From assembly GCA_046346705.1 (NCBI GenBank), contig JAXMHR010000001.1, positions 139,426 to 203,425 on the forward strand: a stretch of 64,000 nt of DNA, in the 5' to 3' direction. Each line of letters begins with the position of its first letter. The stretch's first letter is position 1. The translations under genes and the position numbers were made by a program. The stretch is from Verrucomicrobiota bacterium (lineage in GTDB: Bacteria; Verrucomicrobiota; Verrucomicrobiia; Limisphaerales; UBA9464). The notes beneath the pieces were generated by a model. The model searched no databases and was not told the DNA's origin. It saw only the letters and a program-made list of their open reading frames with translations. Positions 31,506-41,630 of the stretch are shown piece by piece.

Positions 31506-32093
31506 TCAGTGGAACTCGACGGTCACTTCCTCGAAACCGGCGGACCGGGCCAGGGCCGTCAACTGGAGTCGCGTCCGTTCCTCGGCGTCCCGCAGAATGC
31601 CCGCGGCGCGAGCCGCCTTCCGAATCGATTCCACGGCTTCCCGCCTCGCCTCCTGCTCCATCTTCTGGTCGAACAGCCGAAGAATCCCGGTGGATCGCTC
31701 AAGCACCTCCGTTTTCCCCTCATCCAAGTACACGTCCACCAGCTGGGGTCGCGGGAGCGACAGGGTCAGCTGATGCCCATGAATCTTGACGTCTGAAGGA
31801 CGCAATTTCTGGAGATCCACTCCCGCCTTCGCCACGCCGTGGGCCACCATCAAGAGCCGATTCTGCCCATACCATTTGGCATCCTCCACCACCACAACCT
31901 TCTCAAAAACGTACTTCACCGTGACGAGTTGAGCGAGGGATTGAATCTGGGTGATGACCGTGGCGGTGTTCAGGATGGAACGTCCGGCCGCGCCCGGGAG
32001 AAAGCGCCCGACGATCAATCCGAAAACCAGCGCGACGCCGGCGGCCAGGACCGTGAGAACTGCAGGAACGAGGAGTGGCGAACGTCGGTTCAC
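31506..32093 (-). CDS. Membrane-anchored protein, DUF4230-like
   Basis: 195 aa with an N-terminal TM helix. 'TVITQIQSLAQLVTVKYVFEKVV' and 'GVAKAGVDL' recall DUF4230 from memory. Confidence 0.5.
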   Translation of the reverse strand: MNRRSPLLVPAVLTVLAAGVALVFGLIVGRFLPGAAGRSILNTATVITQIQSLAQLVTVKYVFEKVVVVEDAKWYGQNRLLMVAHGVAKAGVDLQKLRPSDVKIHGHQLTLSLPRPQLVDVYLDEGKTEVLERSTGILRLFDQKMEQEARREAVESIRKAARAAGILRDAEERTRLQLTALARSAGFEEVTVEFH

Positions 32094-33507
32094 GATTGGG
32101 GGAAGTGCTTAATTTCGCAGCACATCGAACCAGGCGCTTAATCTGCAGCAGCGTCGGCTCGACGCACCCGATATGGTCCGAATTTGGCGACGGATCAATT
32201 AACTCCACGGCGGCGCCCCGGGAGACAAACGACGCCTGCGCTACCGAGGCATTGGCGGGAAGGACATCCCGGTCGGCGTGGCATTGATACAGACGGAGAG
32301 GAGACCTGGGAGTCCAGTCGAGAAGGTCGTTCTTCCGCAAGGCAACCCGGAATGGGTGGTCAGGATTGGTGGCGAATTCGTCTCGGACTCCGGGAGCGAG
32401 GGTCAGGGTAGGGTCCGCGGGGAGGATCGCATTCAACGCCTCTCCACTGTGCGTACCATCGAGCAAAGGAGGAATCGTTTGGTCATAAGGAGACCCCAGA
32501 TATTGCGGCAGGTCGTACACATCCCGATACGCCGCGAGAAGGTAGACGAAGTAATACGGATTCGGCAGGGCGCGGCCCGAAAGAACATCCGAAGCGGTTG
32601 TCCCGGACAGATCATACGCCCCGGCACCCGCAGCGCAGGCGGTGATTTTGAACTCGTCCGGATGACGGGATTCCATCTCCCGGAGCGCCGCCAGCGTGGC
32701 GTGCCCACCTTGGGAATACCCGGTGAGAAACAGCCGATCCTTCAAGGCCACGCCATTGTCCGCGCACCAACTTCGGGCAGCGCGAAGCATATCCACAACG
32801 GATGTAGCCTCGCTGTCCGCATGATGGAACGGGGGAAAACCCGGGGAATCGCCAAGGCCAAGATAATCGGGGAGTACGGCAACATAACCGGACGTCGCGA
32901 AGGCCACTCCTAAAAACCCCTCGGTATTGAGCCGCGAAGGGACATCCTCTCGCTCAAGGCTGGTACCATGCTGATAGCTGACGACAGGAAACGGTCCTCC
33001 CGGACCCTGCGGAAGCGCCAGCGCCCCCGAAGCCACCGTCTTCAAGCCCTGGGCATCCACAGTTTCGTAGACCAACCGTAGGAACAGGACATCCCTCTCC
33101 GCCACCAACGGGTATCCCGCCAAATTGATAAAAAACTGGATCTCGGCCCGGGTCATCCTCGCCACCTCCGTGGCTCTGATCAAATGGCCACGATCCACCG
33201 GACCTGGAACACCCCGCACGCGGTAGAAACGAGCCGTGGATGACGGACGTGTATCGAGAAAAGTAAGAAGAGGCGACGGTTGTTCCCACCCCGGAACCGG
33301 CGCCCAGGATCCGGAATCCATTCCGTCGCGACTCTCCAAAACGGTCCAAAGCGCCGGACTACTGACCGTCCAATCCAGCTCGGCCCCCGATGCGCCCGGG
33401 GTCAGCCGAGTCAGTCGGATCACAGGGGGCAGCGCGCGGGTGGGCATCCAACAAAGGAATCCGAGGAGCAGCAGAACCAGATTCGCCCGACGACCCATTC
33501 GCATCAC
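31903..33507 (-). CDS. Secreted alpha/beta-hydrolase, secretory-lipase (LIP)-like, with N-terminal 'FYRV' module; 3' end uncertain
   Basis: Signal peptide, nucleophile elbow 'GYSQGGH', and late 'DRD' and 'SDHIGC' as candidate acid/His. The frame has no stop until 31903, so the ORF runs 191 nt into the next same-strand gene with an R/P/G-rich tail. Confidence 0.6.
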   Translation of the reverse strand: MMRMGRRANLVLLLLGFLCWMPTRALPPVIRLTRLTPGASGAELDWTVSSPALWTVLESRDGMDSGSWAPVPGWEQPSPLLTFLDTRPSSTARFYRVRGVPGPVDRGHLIRATEVARMTRAEIQFFINLAGYPLVAERDVLFLRLVYETVDAQGLKTVASGALALPQGPGGPFPVVSYQHGTSLEREDVPSRLNTEGFLGVAFATSGYVAVLPDYLGLGDSPGFPPFHHADSEATSVVDMLRAARSWCADNGVALKDRLFLTGYSQGGHATLAALREMESRHPDEFKITACAAGAGAYDLSGTTASDVLSGRALPNPYYFVYLLAAYRDVYDLPQYLGSPYDQTIPPLLDGTHSGEALNAILPADPTLTLAPGVRDEFATNPDHPFRVALRKNDLLDWTPRSPLRLYQCHADRDVLPANASVAQASFVSRGAAVELIDPSPNSDHIGCVEPTLLQIKRLVRCAAKLSTSPNREPTFATPRSCSSHGPGRRRRAGFRIDRRALSPGRGRTFHPEHRHGHHPDSIPRSTRHGEVRF

Positions 33508-33625
33508 GGACAGACCCTACCTCAGGAAGTCTGCGGATAAAGGCTTGCGTTGAACGGGCCGGTCAAGGGGTTCGTCCAGAAAACGGATTGTCCGCCGCGG
33601 CCACGAGTCCCATATTGCCGCCGCC

Positions 33626-34183
33626 ATGCAGAGCACGTTCAGCGGTCCCGTCTATGTCGTCCGGGACAACGTCGACACCGACCAGATTATTCCGGCGCAA
33701 TACCTCAACCTCGTGCCCACCATTACCGAGGAATACGAGAAGCTCGGAAGCTTTGCTCTGTGCGGTCTTCCGGACGACGCCCACCCTGTCCGCTTCGTGA
33801 AGGACGGGCAGATGGACACGGAATACCCGATTGTTATTGCCGGAAGGAATTTCGGTTGCGGCAGTTCTCGGGAGCACGCCCCGATCGCCATGGGAGCCGC
33901 GGAATGCCAATGCGTCGTGGCGGAAAGCTTTGCCCGAATCTTCTTCCGGAATTGTGTGGCCACGGGCGAGCTGTACCCGATCGAGTGCGGAGATCGTCTT
34001 TGCGATATCTTCAAGACGGGGGACCTCGCAACCGTGGACATCGATGCGAACACCATCCGGCACCACGGGACCAGCCGTGTCTTCTCCCTGAAGCCGCTCG
34101 GGGAAGTGCGTCCGGTCGTGGACGCCGGCGGCATTTTTGAGTATGCCCGCAAGACGGGCATGATGCCGGCGAAGGCGGCCTGA
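33626..34183 (+). CDS. leuD: 3-isopropylmalate/homoaconitate dehydratase small subunit (LeuD-type)
   Basis: 185 aa. 'NVDTDQIIPAQYL' and 'GRNFGCGSSREHAP' are LeuD signatures. No large subunit gene is adjacent. Confidence 0.8.
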   Translation: MQSTFSGPVYVVRDNVDTDQIIPAQYLNLVPTITEEYEKLGSFALCGLPDDAHPVRFVKDGQMDTEYPIVIAGRNFGCGSSREHAPIAMGAAECQCVVAESFARIFFRNCVATGELYPIECGDRLCDIFKTGDLATVDIDANTIRHHGTSRVFSLKPLGEVRPVVDAGGIFEYARKTGMMPAKAA

Positions 34184-34273
34184 CGATCCGCTTCTGGCGC
34201 CCAAGCGGCCCCGAAATCGAATTTGCCGGTTCGTTGCTTGAACACTCCGGCAAACCAGCCGTCCATCTGAGGC

Positions 34274-35878
34274 GTGCATCGATTTCCGCTTCTTCGACGA
34301 TGTCTCCTGACGGCATGGCTTGGAATCGAAGTTGCCTTGGGTGCCGCGACCCCGCGGGAGGTCCGGGACCGCGAGGCCGAGGAGCTATTCGCAGGCCCGC
34401 CGCAGACCTTTGTCATCACAATCGCCCCCAAGTTTGCGAATCAACTTCGGGAGGAGCCCCGCAACTACGTGCCCGCCACAATTCAGGTGGGCAACCGGGG
34501 ATTCACCAACGTTGGTATCCACCTCAAAGGAGCCGCAGGCAGTTCCCGCAGCTTCGACGACCGGCCGGCGTTGACGCTGAACTTCGACAAGTTCGTCAAG
34601 GACCAGACGTTCTCAGGATTGGATAAGTTCCACCTGAACAACTCGGTTCAGGACGGCACATTTCTCTCCGAAAGCATCGCCAGCCGGCTGTACCGGGAAG
34701 CGGGAGTGCCCACAGCCAGATCGGGGCATGCATTTGTCCGACTCAACGGACGAGACTTGGGGCTCTACGTCCTTAAGGAGGGTTATGACAGCCTGTTCAT
34801 TCGCCGGAACTTCCCTTTCGGAACCAATGCCCCAGGCAATCTTTACGATGGTGGATTTCTCCAGGACGTGGACCAAAATCTGGAACTGGACGCCGGCAAA
34901 GGTCCAACGGACGGCTCGGACCTCCGCCGGCTGCGGAGGGCGGCAGGAATGCCCGTTTCGCGTCGGGGGGCGGAGCTGGACAAGGTGCTCGACGTGGACC
35001 GGTTCCTGACCTTTCTCGCCATCCAGGCACTGACCGATGATTGGGACGGCTACGGTCGGAACCGAAACAACTACCGTCTCTACTTCGATTCCGTTTCCGG
35101 TAAGGCGGAATTCATCCCCCACGGGATGGATCAGCTTTTTCGCGAGATCAATTCCACCGTGGACCCCGACTGGGAAGGCTTTGTGGCCCGGCGGGCCATG
35201 GAACTTCCCGATCTGCAGGCCCGATACCACTCCCGTCTGAAAGAGCTCGCCAATCGGAATTTCACGGTCGCCTGGGTAACGAATCACCTCGGAGCAGTGG
35301 ACGCCCGGATGCAATCCGCCCTTGCCACCCGGCAGCCCGAGGAACGGGCCCGCTGGGCCAACGGCCTTCGGCGTGCATCCAGCCGTGCCATTGCCCGGAT
35401 CCGATTCGTGCGAAAACAACTGGGCCTGCCGCCGGATCCAACGCTGACTCAACTGGCGGAGGGCTCACGGAAACCGCAATTGCTGACGGGTTGGCAGGCC
35501 CGCCCCCAACAGGGAGTGCCCCAGCTCGAGACCGTATCCGAAGACAAGAAGGATGCACTCCATCTCTGTGCCGCTCGCAGTGGGACGGTTGCGTCCTTTC
35601 GAACATCCAGGATGCTATCCCCAGGCGAATACACCCTTGAGGCCAGCGTGAAAACCAAGGGGATCGTTGCCCAGGCTGGAGCGCCGGGTCGCGGCGCGGG
35701 CCTACGGATCAGTGGAGCCGACCGTCAAAACCACATCACGGGAAGTCAGGATTGGGCTCCCGTCCGGTTCAAGTTTGAAATCAATGAGGACCGGGAGATC
35801 GAGTTCGTGGTCGAACTCCGGGCCGACAAGGGCGAAGCTTGGTTCGACCTTTCCACCCTGAAGCTGATCCCGCATTAA
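34274..35878 (+). CDS. CotH kinase family protein, secreted
   Basis: 534 aa with a signal peptide. 'HLKGAAGS.RS...RPALTLNFDKF', 'KFHLNNSVQD.TFL.E.IA..LYREAGVP', 'VRLNG.DLGLYVL.E' and 'NNYRLYFD' are CotH blocks. Confidence 0.75.
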   Translation: MHRFPLLRRCLLTAWLGIEVALGAATPREVRDREAEELFAGPPQTFVITIAPKFANQLREEPRNYVPATIQVGNRGFTNVGIHLKGAAGSSRSFDDRPALTLNFDKFVKDQTFSGLDKFHLNNSVQDGTFLSESIASRLYREAGVPTARSGHAFVRLNGRDLGLYVLKEGYDSLFIRRNFPFGTNAPGNLYDGGFLQDVDQNLELDAGKGPTDGSDLRRLRRAAGMPVSRRGAELDKVLDVDRFLTFLAIQALTDDWDGYGRNRNNYRLYFDSVSGKAEFIPHGMDQLFREINSTVDPDWEGFVARRAMELPDLQARYHSRLKELANRNFTVAWVTNHLGAVDARMQSALATRQPEERARWANGLRRASSRAIARIRFVRKQLGLPPDPTLTQLAEGSRKPQLLTGWQARPQQGVPQLETVSEDKKDALHLCAARSGTVASFRTSRMLSPGEYTLEASVKTKGIVAQAGAPGRGAGLRISGADRQNHITGSQDWAPVRFKFEINEDREIEFVVELRADKGEAWFDLSTLKLIPH

Positions 35879-35891
35879 GTTCGCTGCGAAA

Positions 35892-37091
35892 TCAGTGCCC
35901 TCCCGCACCGTACCCGGCCACAGGCTGGCCCTCAGGGGTCAGTTTTCCGCAGGTCCACAGGAGCCCCCGGGTGACGAAATCCAGATATCGGGGATCCGCG
36001 ACGGTCTCGTTATTGTGACCGATCGTGGTCGAGAAGACCCGGGTCTTGCCCGGACCATATTCGTTGGTCCATCCCACAACCGTGTCATTCTGACCGGGTT
36101 TGTCTCCGGCACCCTGCCGGCCCCGAACCAACGCATGGGCGGTCTCACCCACCTTGATGTTGTTGTACAACTCCTCATTGATGGTCGTCCAATTCGTCAT
36201 ATTCCGGGTTATCGGGCTGGCCGCATCCAGGAAGGAGAGTTCAATCGGTTTCTGGGGTCCATGACCGCTGGATTGTAGTCCCAGGTACTCAAACCAGAGT
36301 GCATGCGGAGTCCCGGGTGCCGCAGGTTGCCCCGGGTTCCCCGTCCGATAGCTGTGCATGGCGCAATGGAGGTTGACCCCTGGAATTCCCTGCCGGTGCG
36401 GGGCCAGTACGCCCCGAACAATTTCCGGATCGCTGATGTCCGCCGCACATTCATCATGCAGGACCACGTCATACCCGCGGGCGTAGTCCGGCTTGCCGAA
36501 AATGGGCAACGGCGGGTGGGTGCTCGTATCCGGCGAATAGATCGTATCCACTTGTACATTGGCTCGGGCTTCCAAGCCCTTCTTCAGGATATCCTTCTGC
36601 GCGGCGTAGTCGTGGCAGCATCCACCGAGAATGAGGAGAACCTTCAACGGCTTCGCGCCGGCAGACGTCCCAGGCTTCCGGACATAGCGCACGAGGAGAA
36701 GCCCGCTACCGGATTCCGTCTTCAACGACTTTGCCACGGCCCCTTCCCCCATCGGATAACACGCCCGCCATCCGTCGGGAGTCAATTCCGCCACCGCCTG
36801 GATCGTTTTTCCCGCATTAGGGCCCTCGGTTTCCGTGGAGGTCATCGCCGCCGGAGCTTTCGAAAAATCAACGGTGACGAGTCCCTTCGCGTGAGTATCC
36901 CCCATGTCGAAGGCGTACTTCCCGTCCTGAACCTTCAACTCGATGGCGGGCAGGTCCGTCGAGGAAACGGTGTTTCCGTCAAACTCCGCCTCGGCAACCA
37001 CCCACACGCCATTGAGCGAACTCACGTCCGCCGCAAACACCCAGGATGGTGAGGAAACGAGAAAAGCCAGCAGCGCGATCACTTTTTTCAT
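35892..37091 (-). CDS. TIGR03067-like lipocalin domain fused to ThuA domain, secreted
   Basis: Start taken at the internal ATG 37091 ('MKKVIALLAFLVSSP' signal). 'LNGVWVV.EAEFDG' is TIGR03067-like. 'KVLLILGGCCHDY' and 'RVFSTTIGHN' are ThuA-like. Confidence 0.65.
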   Translation of the reverse strand: MKKVIALLAFLVSSPSWVFAADVSSLNGVWVVAEAEFDGNTVSSTDLPAIELKVQDGKYAFDMGDTHAKGLVTVDFSKAPAAMTSTETEGPNAGKTIQAVAELTPDGWRACYPMGEGAVAKSLKTESGSGLLLVRYVRKPGTSAGAKPLKVLLILGGCCHDYAAQKDILKKGLEARANVQVDTIYSPDTSTHPPLPIFGKPDYARGYDVVLHDECAADISDPEIVRGVLAPHRQGIPGVNLHCAMHSYRTGNPGQPAAPGTPHALWFEYLGLQSSGHGPQKPIELSFLDAASPITRNMTNWTTINEELYNNIKVGETAHALVRGRQGAGDKPGQNDTVVGWTNEYGPGKTRVFSTTIGHNNETVADPRYLDFVTRGLLWTCGKLTPEGQPVAGYGAGGH

Positions 37092-37218
37092 GACGGTGAA
37101 GGGATCAAACCATTGGAGAGTCCCCTGCGGCAAAGCGAAATCGCGAAGGCAAGCCTCGGAAGTTCATCCCGACGGACGTTGCCCGGTGACTACTCCACCC
37201 CCCGAACCCCGCATCCGC

Positions 37219-37812
37219 TCAGTGATCCGACCGAGTGTCCACCGTCCTCCAGAGGCCCACCCGCTCCCTGCGCGCCCGCCGATCCGCCGCCCGCAAGAGC
37301 GCCTGTTCCCGAAGGGGCAGCATCCTCGTGGAGTCTTCAAGCCAGCGAAGTCGCCCCTCCGTCACCAGATCCATCGCGAGATTCTGGGAATTTGTCCCGA
37401 CGTATAAAAAACCCAATGCGGTTCGGTTACTCTGGGTTGAGACGATCGCCAACGAAGCGGAGCGACCGACCAGACTCAGGGTCAGATTACTGCGTGTCTG
37501 CAGGGCAAAGGATCTCCAACGCGGATCCTGCTCATCCGTGTAGACCCCTCCCAATCCTGCCAACCCCACGTTCCAGGCAAGACCGTTGGTATCCTTGACC
37601 TGAATTACGTTTTCGGTGACAGCGCGGGTCACCACCACGGGCGCCCGGTCCAAAGGAGGCGGGAGGCGGTAGCCCGCGCCTTCCCAGACAACATAAAGAT
37701 CCACCAGCGGGCGCGCCCGTTCACGTCGTTCCCAAAGCGCCCAGAGAGCCAAAAGGCCCAACCCAAGGACTGTGACCCTCAGTACGCGGTTCAGGAGGAG
37801 AAACAGGTTCAT
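37219..37812 (-). CDS. Membrane-anchored staphylococcal-nuclease-fold protein, apparently degenerate
   Basis: 197 aa with an N-terminal TM helix. '...ALGFLYVG..SQNLAMDLVTEGRL' and a C-terminal 'RAADRRARRERVGLW' follow the SNase pattern. The usual 'DGDT' and 'GIDAPE' positions are not conserved. ATGA overlap with the upstream gene. Confidence 0.5.
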   Translation of the reverse strand: MNLFLLLNRVLRVTVLGLGLLALWALWERRERARPLVDLYVVWEGAGYRLPPPLDRAPVVVTRAVTENVIQVKDTNGLAWNVGLAGLGGVYTDEQDPRWRSFALQTRSNLTLSLVGRSASLAIVSTQSNRTALGFLYVGTNSQNLAMDLVTEGRLRWLEDSTRMLPLREQALLRAADRRARRERVGLWRTVDTRSDH

Positions 37813-38465
37813 GCCTCCCCAGATGTGTCACCCTCCTCCGCCCTTGAGAACAAGCGAATGCTGCGACGACGTCTCAGGGGTGGCGGAGGGGGTGCCGGCG
37901 GGAGAAAGACGATCTCGGCTTCTGGCTGGGGACCCCTAAGATGTGCCAGGAGGGCCAGGTTCACTTCAGGAACCGGATGGGCACTTGGACGGCGGTCATG
38001 CCGGAGCGCAAGGACATCATGAGCCCGGACGCAATTGCCCACGTGGTTGAAACTCCAAACCGCGCCTGCAAAGACCCTCTCCGTCCAGGAGCACGGACGG
38101 GCGTTGTTCATACCAATCACAAAAGCCGCGGGAAGATTTGGACGAAGGACACCCTCAATGAAGGCAAGGATCACCGTAACTCGGCTCCATCCCCGCGCCT
38201 CACACCGACGAATCACAGAAATGAACCACGAATTATCCTCGGACGGAGCACCATCTTTCATTAACCCGGTGATGGGACCCGCGACCATTTCCCCGAGCAA
38301 TGGCGCCCATGTTAGCGAGGCGACGAATCCGGCCACCACCGCAAGCGCAAACCATCCCGCGTTCGCAATGTCGTTGTTGAGATTGGCCGATGATTCCTCG
38401 GAAGCTCGGTGCAACAACCAGAGGAATGCACCTGTAAGAACCACTCGAAGAAGGACGAGTATCAT
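37809..38465 (-). CDS. Hypothetical membrane protein (218 aa)
   Basis: Two N-terminal hydrophobic helices and a Pro/Arg-rich tail. It starts 5 nt after the pilT stop and overlaps the next gene by 4 nt. Confidence 0.45.
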   Translation of the reverse strand: MILVLLRVVLTGAFLWLLHRASEESSANLNNDIANAGWFALAVVAGFVASLTWAPLLGEMVAGPITGLMKDGAPSEDNSWFISVIRRCEARGWSRVTVILAFIEGVLRPNLPAAFVIGMNNARPCSWTERVFAGAVWSFNHVGNCVRAHDVLALRHDRRPSAHPVPEVNLALLAHLRGPQPEAEIVFLPPAPPPPPLRRRRSIRLFSRAEEGDTSGEA

Positions 38466-38470
38466 AGCCT

Positions 38471-39592
38471 TCAGCGGTTGGGGTCCGGTTCAAGAATCGC
38501 CTGCGACATAACAATCCCCCGAAGCGCCAAATCCAGGCGTTGTCGGTTGATGGAATAGGTTCGGGCCACATCCTCTAAAATTACGCCGGCCGCAAGCAAC
38601 TCCTGCAGATACTGGTCAAAGGAATGCATGCCCACGTGATTCGCGGACTCGATGATTCCCGTCAACAAATGGAGATTGTTTTCCCGAATCGCATCCTGAA
38701 CACCTGCATCCCGCCTCAAGAGTTCCAGGCAGGGTGTTCGGGACCCCTCGACGTTTGGAATCAGCCGCTGGCAAACAATGGCATTCAGGTTCCGGGCCAG
38801 CAGCGAACTGATATTGTCCTTTTCATCCGCCGGATAAAATTCACGGATGCGACCGATCGCCTGGGCCACCGAATCTGCATGAAGAGTCGTCATGACCAGG
38901 TGCCCCGTCTCCGCAGCCTGCATCGCCGCCCAAATGCTGTCCCGGTCACGAATCTCTCCCACGAAAATCACGTTTGGGTCCTGCCGCATTGCATTCCGGA
39001 TACCATCCGCGAAGCACCCGGTGTCGATGCCTACCTCCCGCTGTTCAAAATGAGAAAGGGCATCCGTAAAGACATATTCGATCGGATCCTCCACGGTCAC
39101 GATCCGCTGGGAAAACTGCTCGTTGATCTGCTGCAGAAGTGCACGAAGCGTCGTACTCTTGCCCTGTCCGGTGGGCCCGGTGACCAGTATCAACCCACGG
39201 GGTTCACCCAACAATTCCAGCAGCGAATCGGGGAGCTGAAGGTCCTCCAGCTTCAATCGATGCTGCGGCACGTGACGGAAGGAACACGACTGGCTACCAC
39301 GTTGCTTGCTGAAATTGGCGCGATATCGGACCGCGCCATGATAGAAGCTCGCATCCACCTCACGCCCGGCAATCACGCGCGCCACCAACTCCTGGGAGAA
39401 ACAGTCCAGCAGCCAGGAGTTCAGCGTGAGGGCATCCAGCGGAGCAAACTCCGTCTCCGAAACCCCGGAGAGCCGTCCATGAATCCGAATTACATGCGGC
39501 ATCCCCGTCCTCACGTGAAGGTCAGACGCCCCCTGCGCCTCGCACCAAGTAAGGAGTCTCGAAAGGCGGGTTCCTGGGGGGACGGCTTCCAT
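38471..39592 (-). CDS. pilT: Type IV pilus retraction ATPase PilT/PilU family
   Basis: Walker A 'VTGPTGQGKSTT', 'VTVEDPIEY', Walker B/Asp box 'IFVGEIRD' and 'GHLVMTTLHA'. The internal ATG at 39592 is preferred. The ORF-track start at 39655 overlaps the divergent nth ORF. Confidence 0.85.
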   Translation of the reverse strand: MEAVPPGTRLSRLLTWCEAQGASDLHVRTGMPHVIRIHGRLSGVSETEFAPLDALTLNSWLLDCFSQELVARVIAGREVDASFYHGAVRYRANFSKQRGSQSCSFRHVPQHRLKLEDLQLPDSLLELLGEPRGLILVTGPTGQGKSTTLRALLQQINEQFSQRIVTVEDPIEYVFTDALSHFEQREVGIDTGCFADGIRNAMRQDPNVIFVGEIRDRDSIWAAMQAAETGHLVMTTLHADSVAQAIGRIREFYPADEKDNISSLLARNLNAIVCQRLIPNVEGSRTPCLELLRRDAGVQDAIRENNLHLLTGIIESANHVGMHSFDQYLQELLAAGVILEDVARTYSINRQRLDLALRGIVMSQAILEPDPNR

Positions 39593-39701
39593 GAAGGTAT
39601 TGCTGGCGGAGATTCGTTTACGCTCGTAACATTTGCAAGCAGGCAATGCGCCCACGCATTCCTATTTGCGAGAACACTCCCCAAAGGATATCTCCCCAAC
39701 G

Positions 39702-40361
39702 ATGCGTCGGGAAACCAAAGATCATCGCCGGGAACGACTGGACCAAATTCGGGCCGTGTTGAAATCCGTCTATCCAGACGCCCATTGCGAACTGACATTC
39801 CGGAATCCGCTCGAATTGTTGGTCGCCACCATCCTCTCCGCTCAGTGCACCGACCTCAACGTAAACCGCGTAACCGCCACGCTGTTCAAGAAATACCTCA
39901 CTGCTACAGACTACGCCAAGGCTCCGGAGGAGGAACTCGCCCGTGACCTTCGAAGCCTCGGACTCTTTCGGAATAAGGCGAAGAATCTGAAGGCCGCCTG
40001 CCAAAGAATCGAGGAACGGTATGGAGGCGAAGTCCCAAGGTCCATGGAGGCCTTGATCGAACTTCCTGGTGTGGGAAGAAAGACCGCAAACGTGGTTCTG
40101 GGAAACGCCTTTGGATTGGAGGATGGGATTGTCGTCGACACCCATGTCCTCCGTCTTTCGCGCCGACTCGGGATCACCGCTGAAACTGATCCAGTAAAGG
40201 TTGAACGGTCACTGGTTACCCTTGTTCCGAAGGGGGAATGGACTCAGTTCAGCCATTGGTTGATCTGGCACGGTCGACGAAGATGTGCCGCCCGAAAGCC
40301 GGACTGCCTGCGGTGCGAACTCAAGATGCTCTGCCCGTCCGCCAGCCGGGAGAAACCATAA
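39702..40361 (+). CDS. nth: Endonuclease III
   Basis: 'LLVATILSAQCTD', HhH 'LPGVGRKTANVVL' and the Fe-S cluster 'C....PDCLRCELKMLC'. The internal ATG at 39702 is preferred. Confidence 0.9.
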   Translation: MRRETKDHRRERLDQIRAVLKSVYPDAHCELTFRNPLELLVATILSAQCTDLNVNRVTATLFKKYLTATDYAKAPEEELARDLRSLGLFRNKAKNLKAACQRIEERYGGEVPRSMEALIELPGVGRKTANVVLGNAFGLEDGIVVDTHVLRLSRRLGITAETDPVKVERSLVTLVPKGEWTQFSHWLIWHGRRRCAARKPDCLRCELKMLCPSASREKP

Positions 40362-40431
40362 CGGTCGGTCCCAGCCCCCGGGTTAATATCCCGCTTGTCC
40401 CCATCAAAGGTCCGACGCAGCATTTTGAGCC

Positions 40432-40998
40432 ATGACATCCGCAGAAGCTCTGGATCTCTTTCGTTCCACAGGCGCACTTCTCGAGGGGCACTTTATCCTC
40501 AGGAGCGGACTCCACAGCCGCCAGTTCTTCCAGTGCGCTCAGGCACTTCAGCGGATGCCGATCGTGGAGCGGTTCGGAGCCTCACTTGCGGAACGATCCA
40601 GGGCACTGCAAGCGGTCACGGTCATCTCACCCGCGATGGGCGGACTCGTAATCGGGCAGGAGGTGGCTCGCCAATTGGGACTTCGATTCATCTTCGCCGA
40701 AAAGGAGGAAGGCCAACTCGTGCTCCGAAGAGGTTTCAAATTCCAACCTGGGGAGCGCTGCCTCGTGGTGGAGGACGTCGTCACCAAGGGCGGTCGAGTC
40801 CAGGAAACCATGGAAATTGTCCGACAACACGGTGCAATCGTGGTCGGCGTGGCGATGCTGGTGGATCGGTCCGATGGGACCCTAAACTTGGGAGTTCCCA
40901 CCTGCAGTTTGATCCGGCTCAACGTCGAAACGTTCCCCGCCAATCATCTTCCCCCGGATTTGGAGAAAATCCCGGCGATCAAGCCGGGCAGCAAGTAG
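40432..40998 (+). CDS. pyrE: Orotate phosphoribosyltransferase
   Basis: 188 aa. 'GALLEGHFILRSGLHS..FFQ' and the PRPP loop 'LVVEDVVTKGG'. Confidence 0.85.
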   Translation: MTSAEALDLFRSTGALLEGHFILRSGLHSRQFFQCAQALQRMPIVERFGASLAERSRALQAVTVISPAMGGLVIGQEVARQLGLRFIFAEKEEGQLVLRRGFKFQPGERCLVVEDVVTKGGRVQETMEIVRQHGAIVVGVAMLVDRSDGTLNLGVPTCSLIRLNVETFPANHLPPDLEKIPAIKPGSK

Positions 40999-41587
40999 CG
41001 GGGGCATTCTCCCTCAGAACACTCGACCACTGGGCCCGATGAAGATGGAGTGCCCCTTCGGTCCAAATCACATAATTCGCCCGGGCCATCTTCTCCTCCA
41101 CCGGCATCTGCGCCCGCTCACGGGCCTGAATCTCTTGGTCTGACCACGACCGATCTCGCAATCGGCGATATTGCGTCCGACGCGTGCAGGCCAGACATAC
41201 CACCCGGTCAAAATCCACGTCGTACCCCTTTTCGAAGAGCAGTGGAATGATGACCGCCGCGGTCCGGACACCTGAGCAATCCCATTCCGCAATTCGAGAT
41301 CGCCACACCTTTGAAATCCTAGGGTGAAGGATTCCCTCAAGAACCCTCAGCGCCCCAGGATCTCCAAACACAATCCGGGACAATGCATCCCGTCGTAGTT
41401 CACCCTGCGGGTTCAGAATCTCATTTCCGAACGCCTCAACAATCTCCCGAAGTCCTTCACTACCCACAGCCGATTGTTCGCGGGCGATCTGATCGGTATC
41501 CAGACACGGAAGCTGCCATTCCGAAAACACCCGGAAGGTGGTCGATTTTCCGGTCCCAATCCCCCCGGTGATACCCAGCAGGAACAT
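40979..41587 (-). CDS. coaE: Dephospho-CoA kinase
   Basis: Internal ATG at 41587 gives 'MFLLGITGGIGTGKST' (P-loop at the N-terminus). The stop overlaps the pyrE 3' end convergently by 20 nt. Confidence 0.8.
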   Translation of the reverse strand: MFLLGITGGIGTGKSTTFRVFSEWQLPCLDTDQIAREQSAVGSEGLREIVEAFGNEILNPQGELRRDALSRIVFGDPGALRVLEGILHPRISKVWRSRIAEWDCSGVRTAAVIIPLLFEKGYDVDFDRVVCLACTRRTQYRRLRDRSWSDQEIQARERAQMPVEEKMARANYVIWTEGALHLHRAQWSSVLRENAPATCCPA

Positions 41588-41630
41588 GAGAATCTGAAAG
41601 AAAGCCGCCGATGAAACGGCGTGCTCCAGT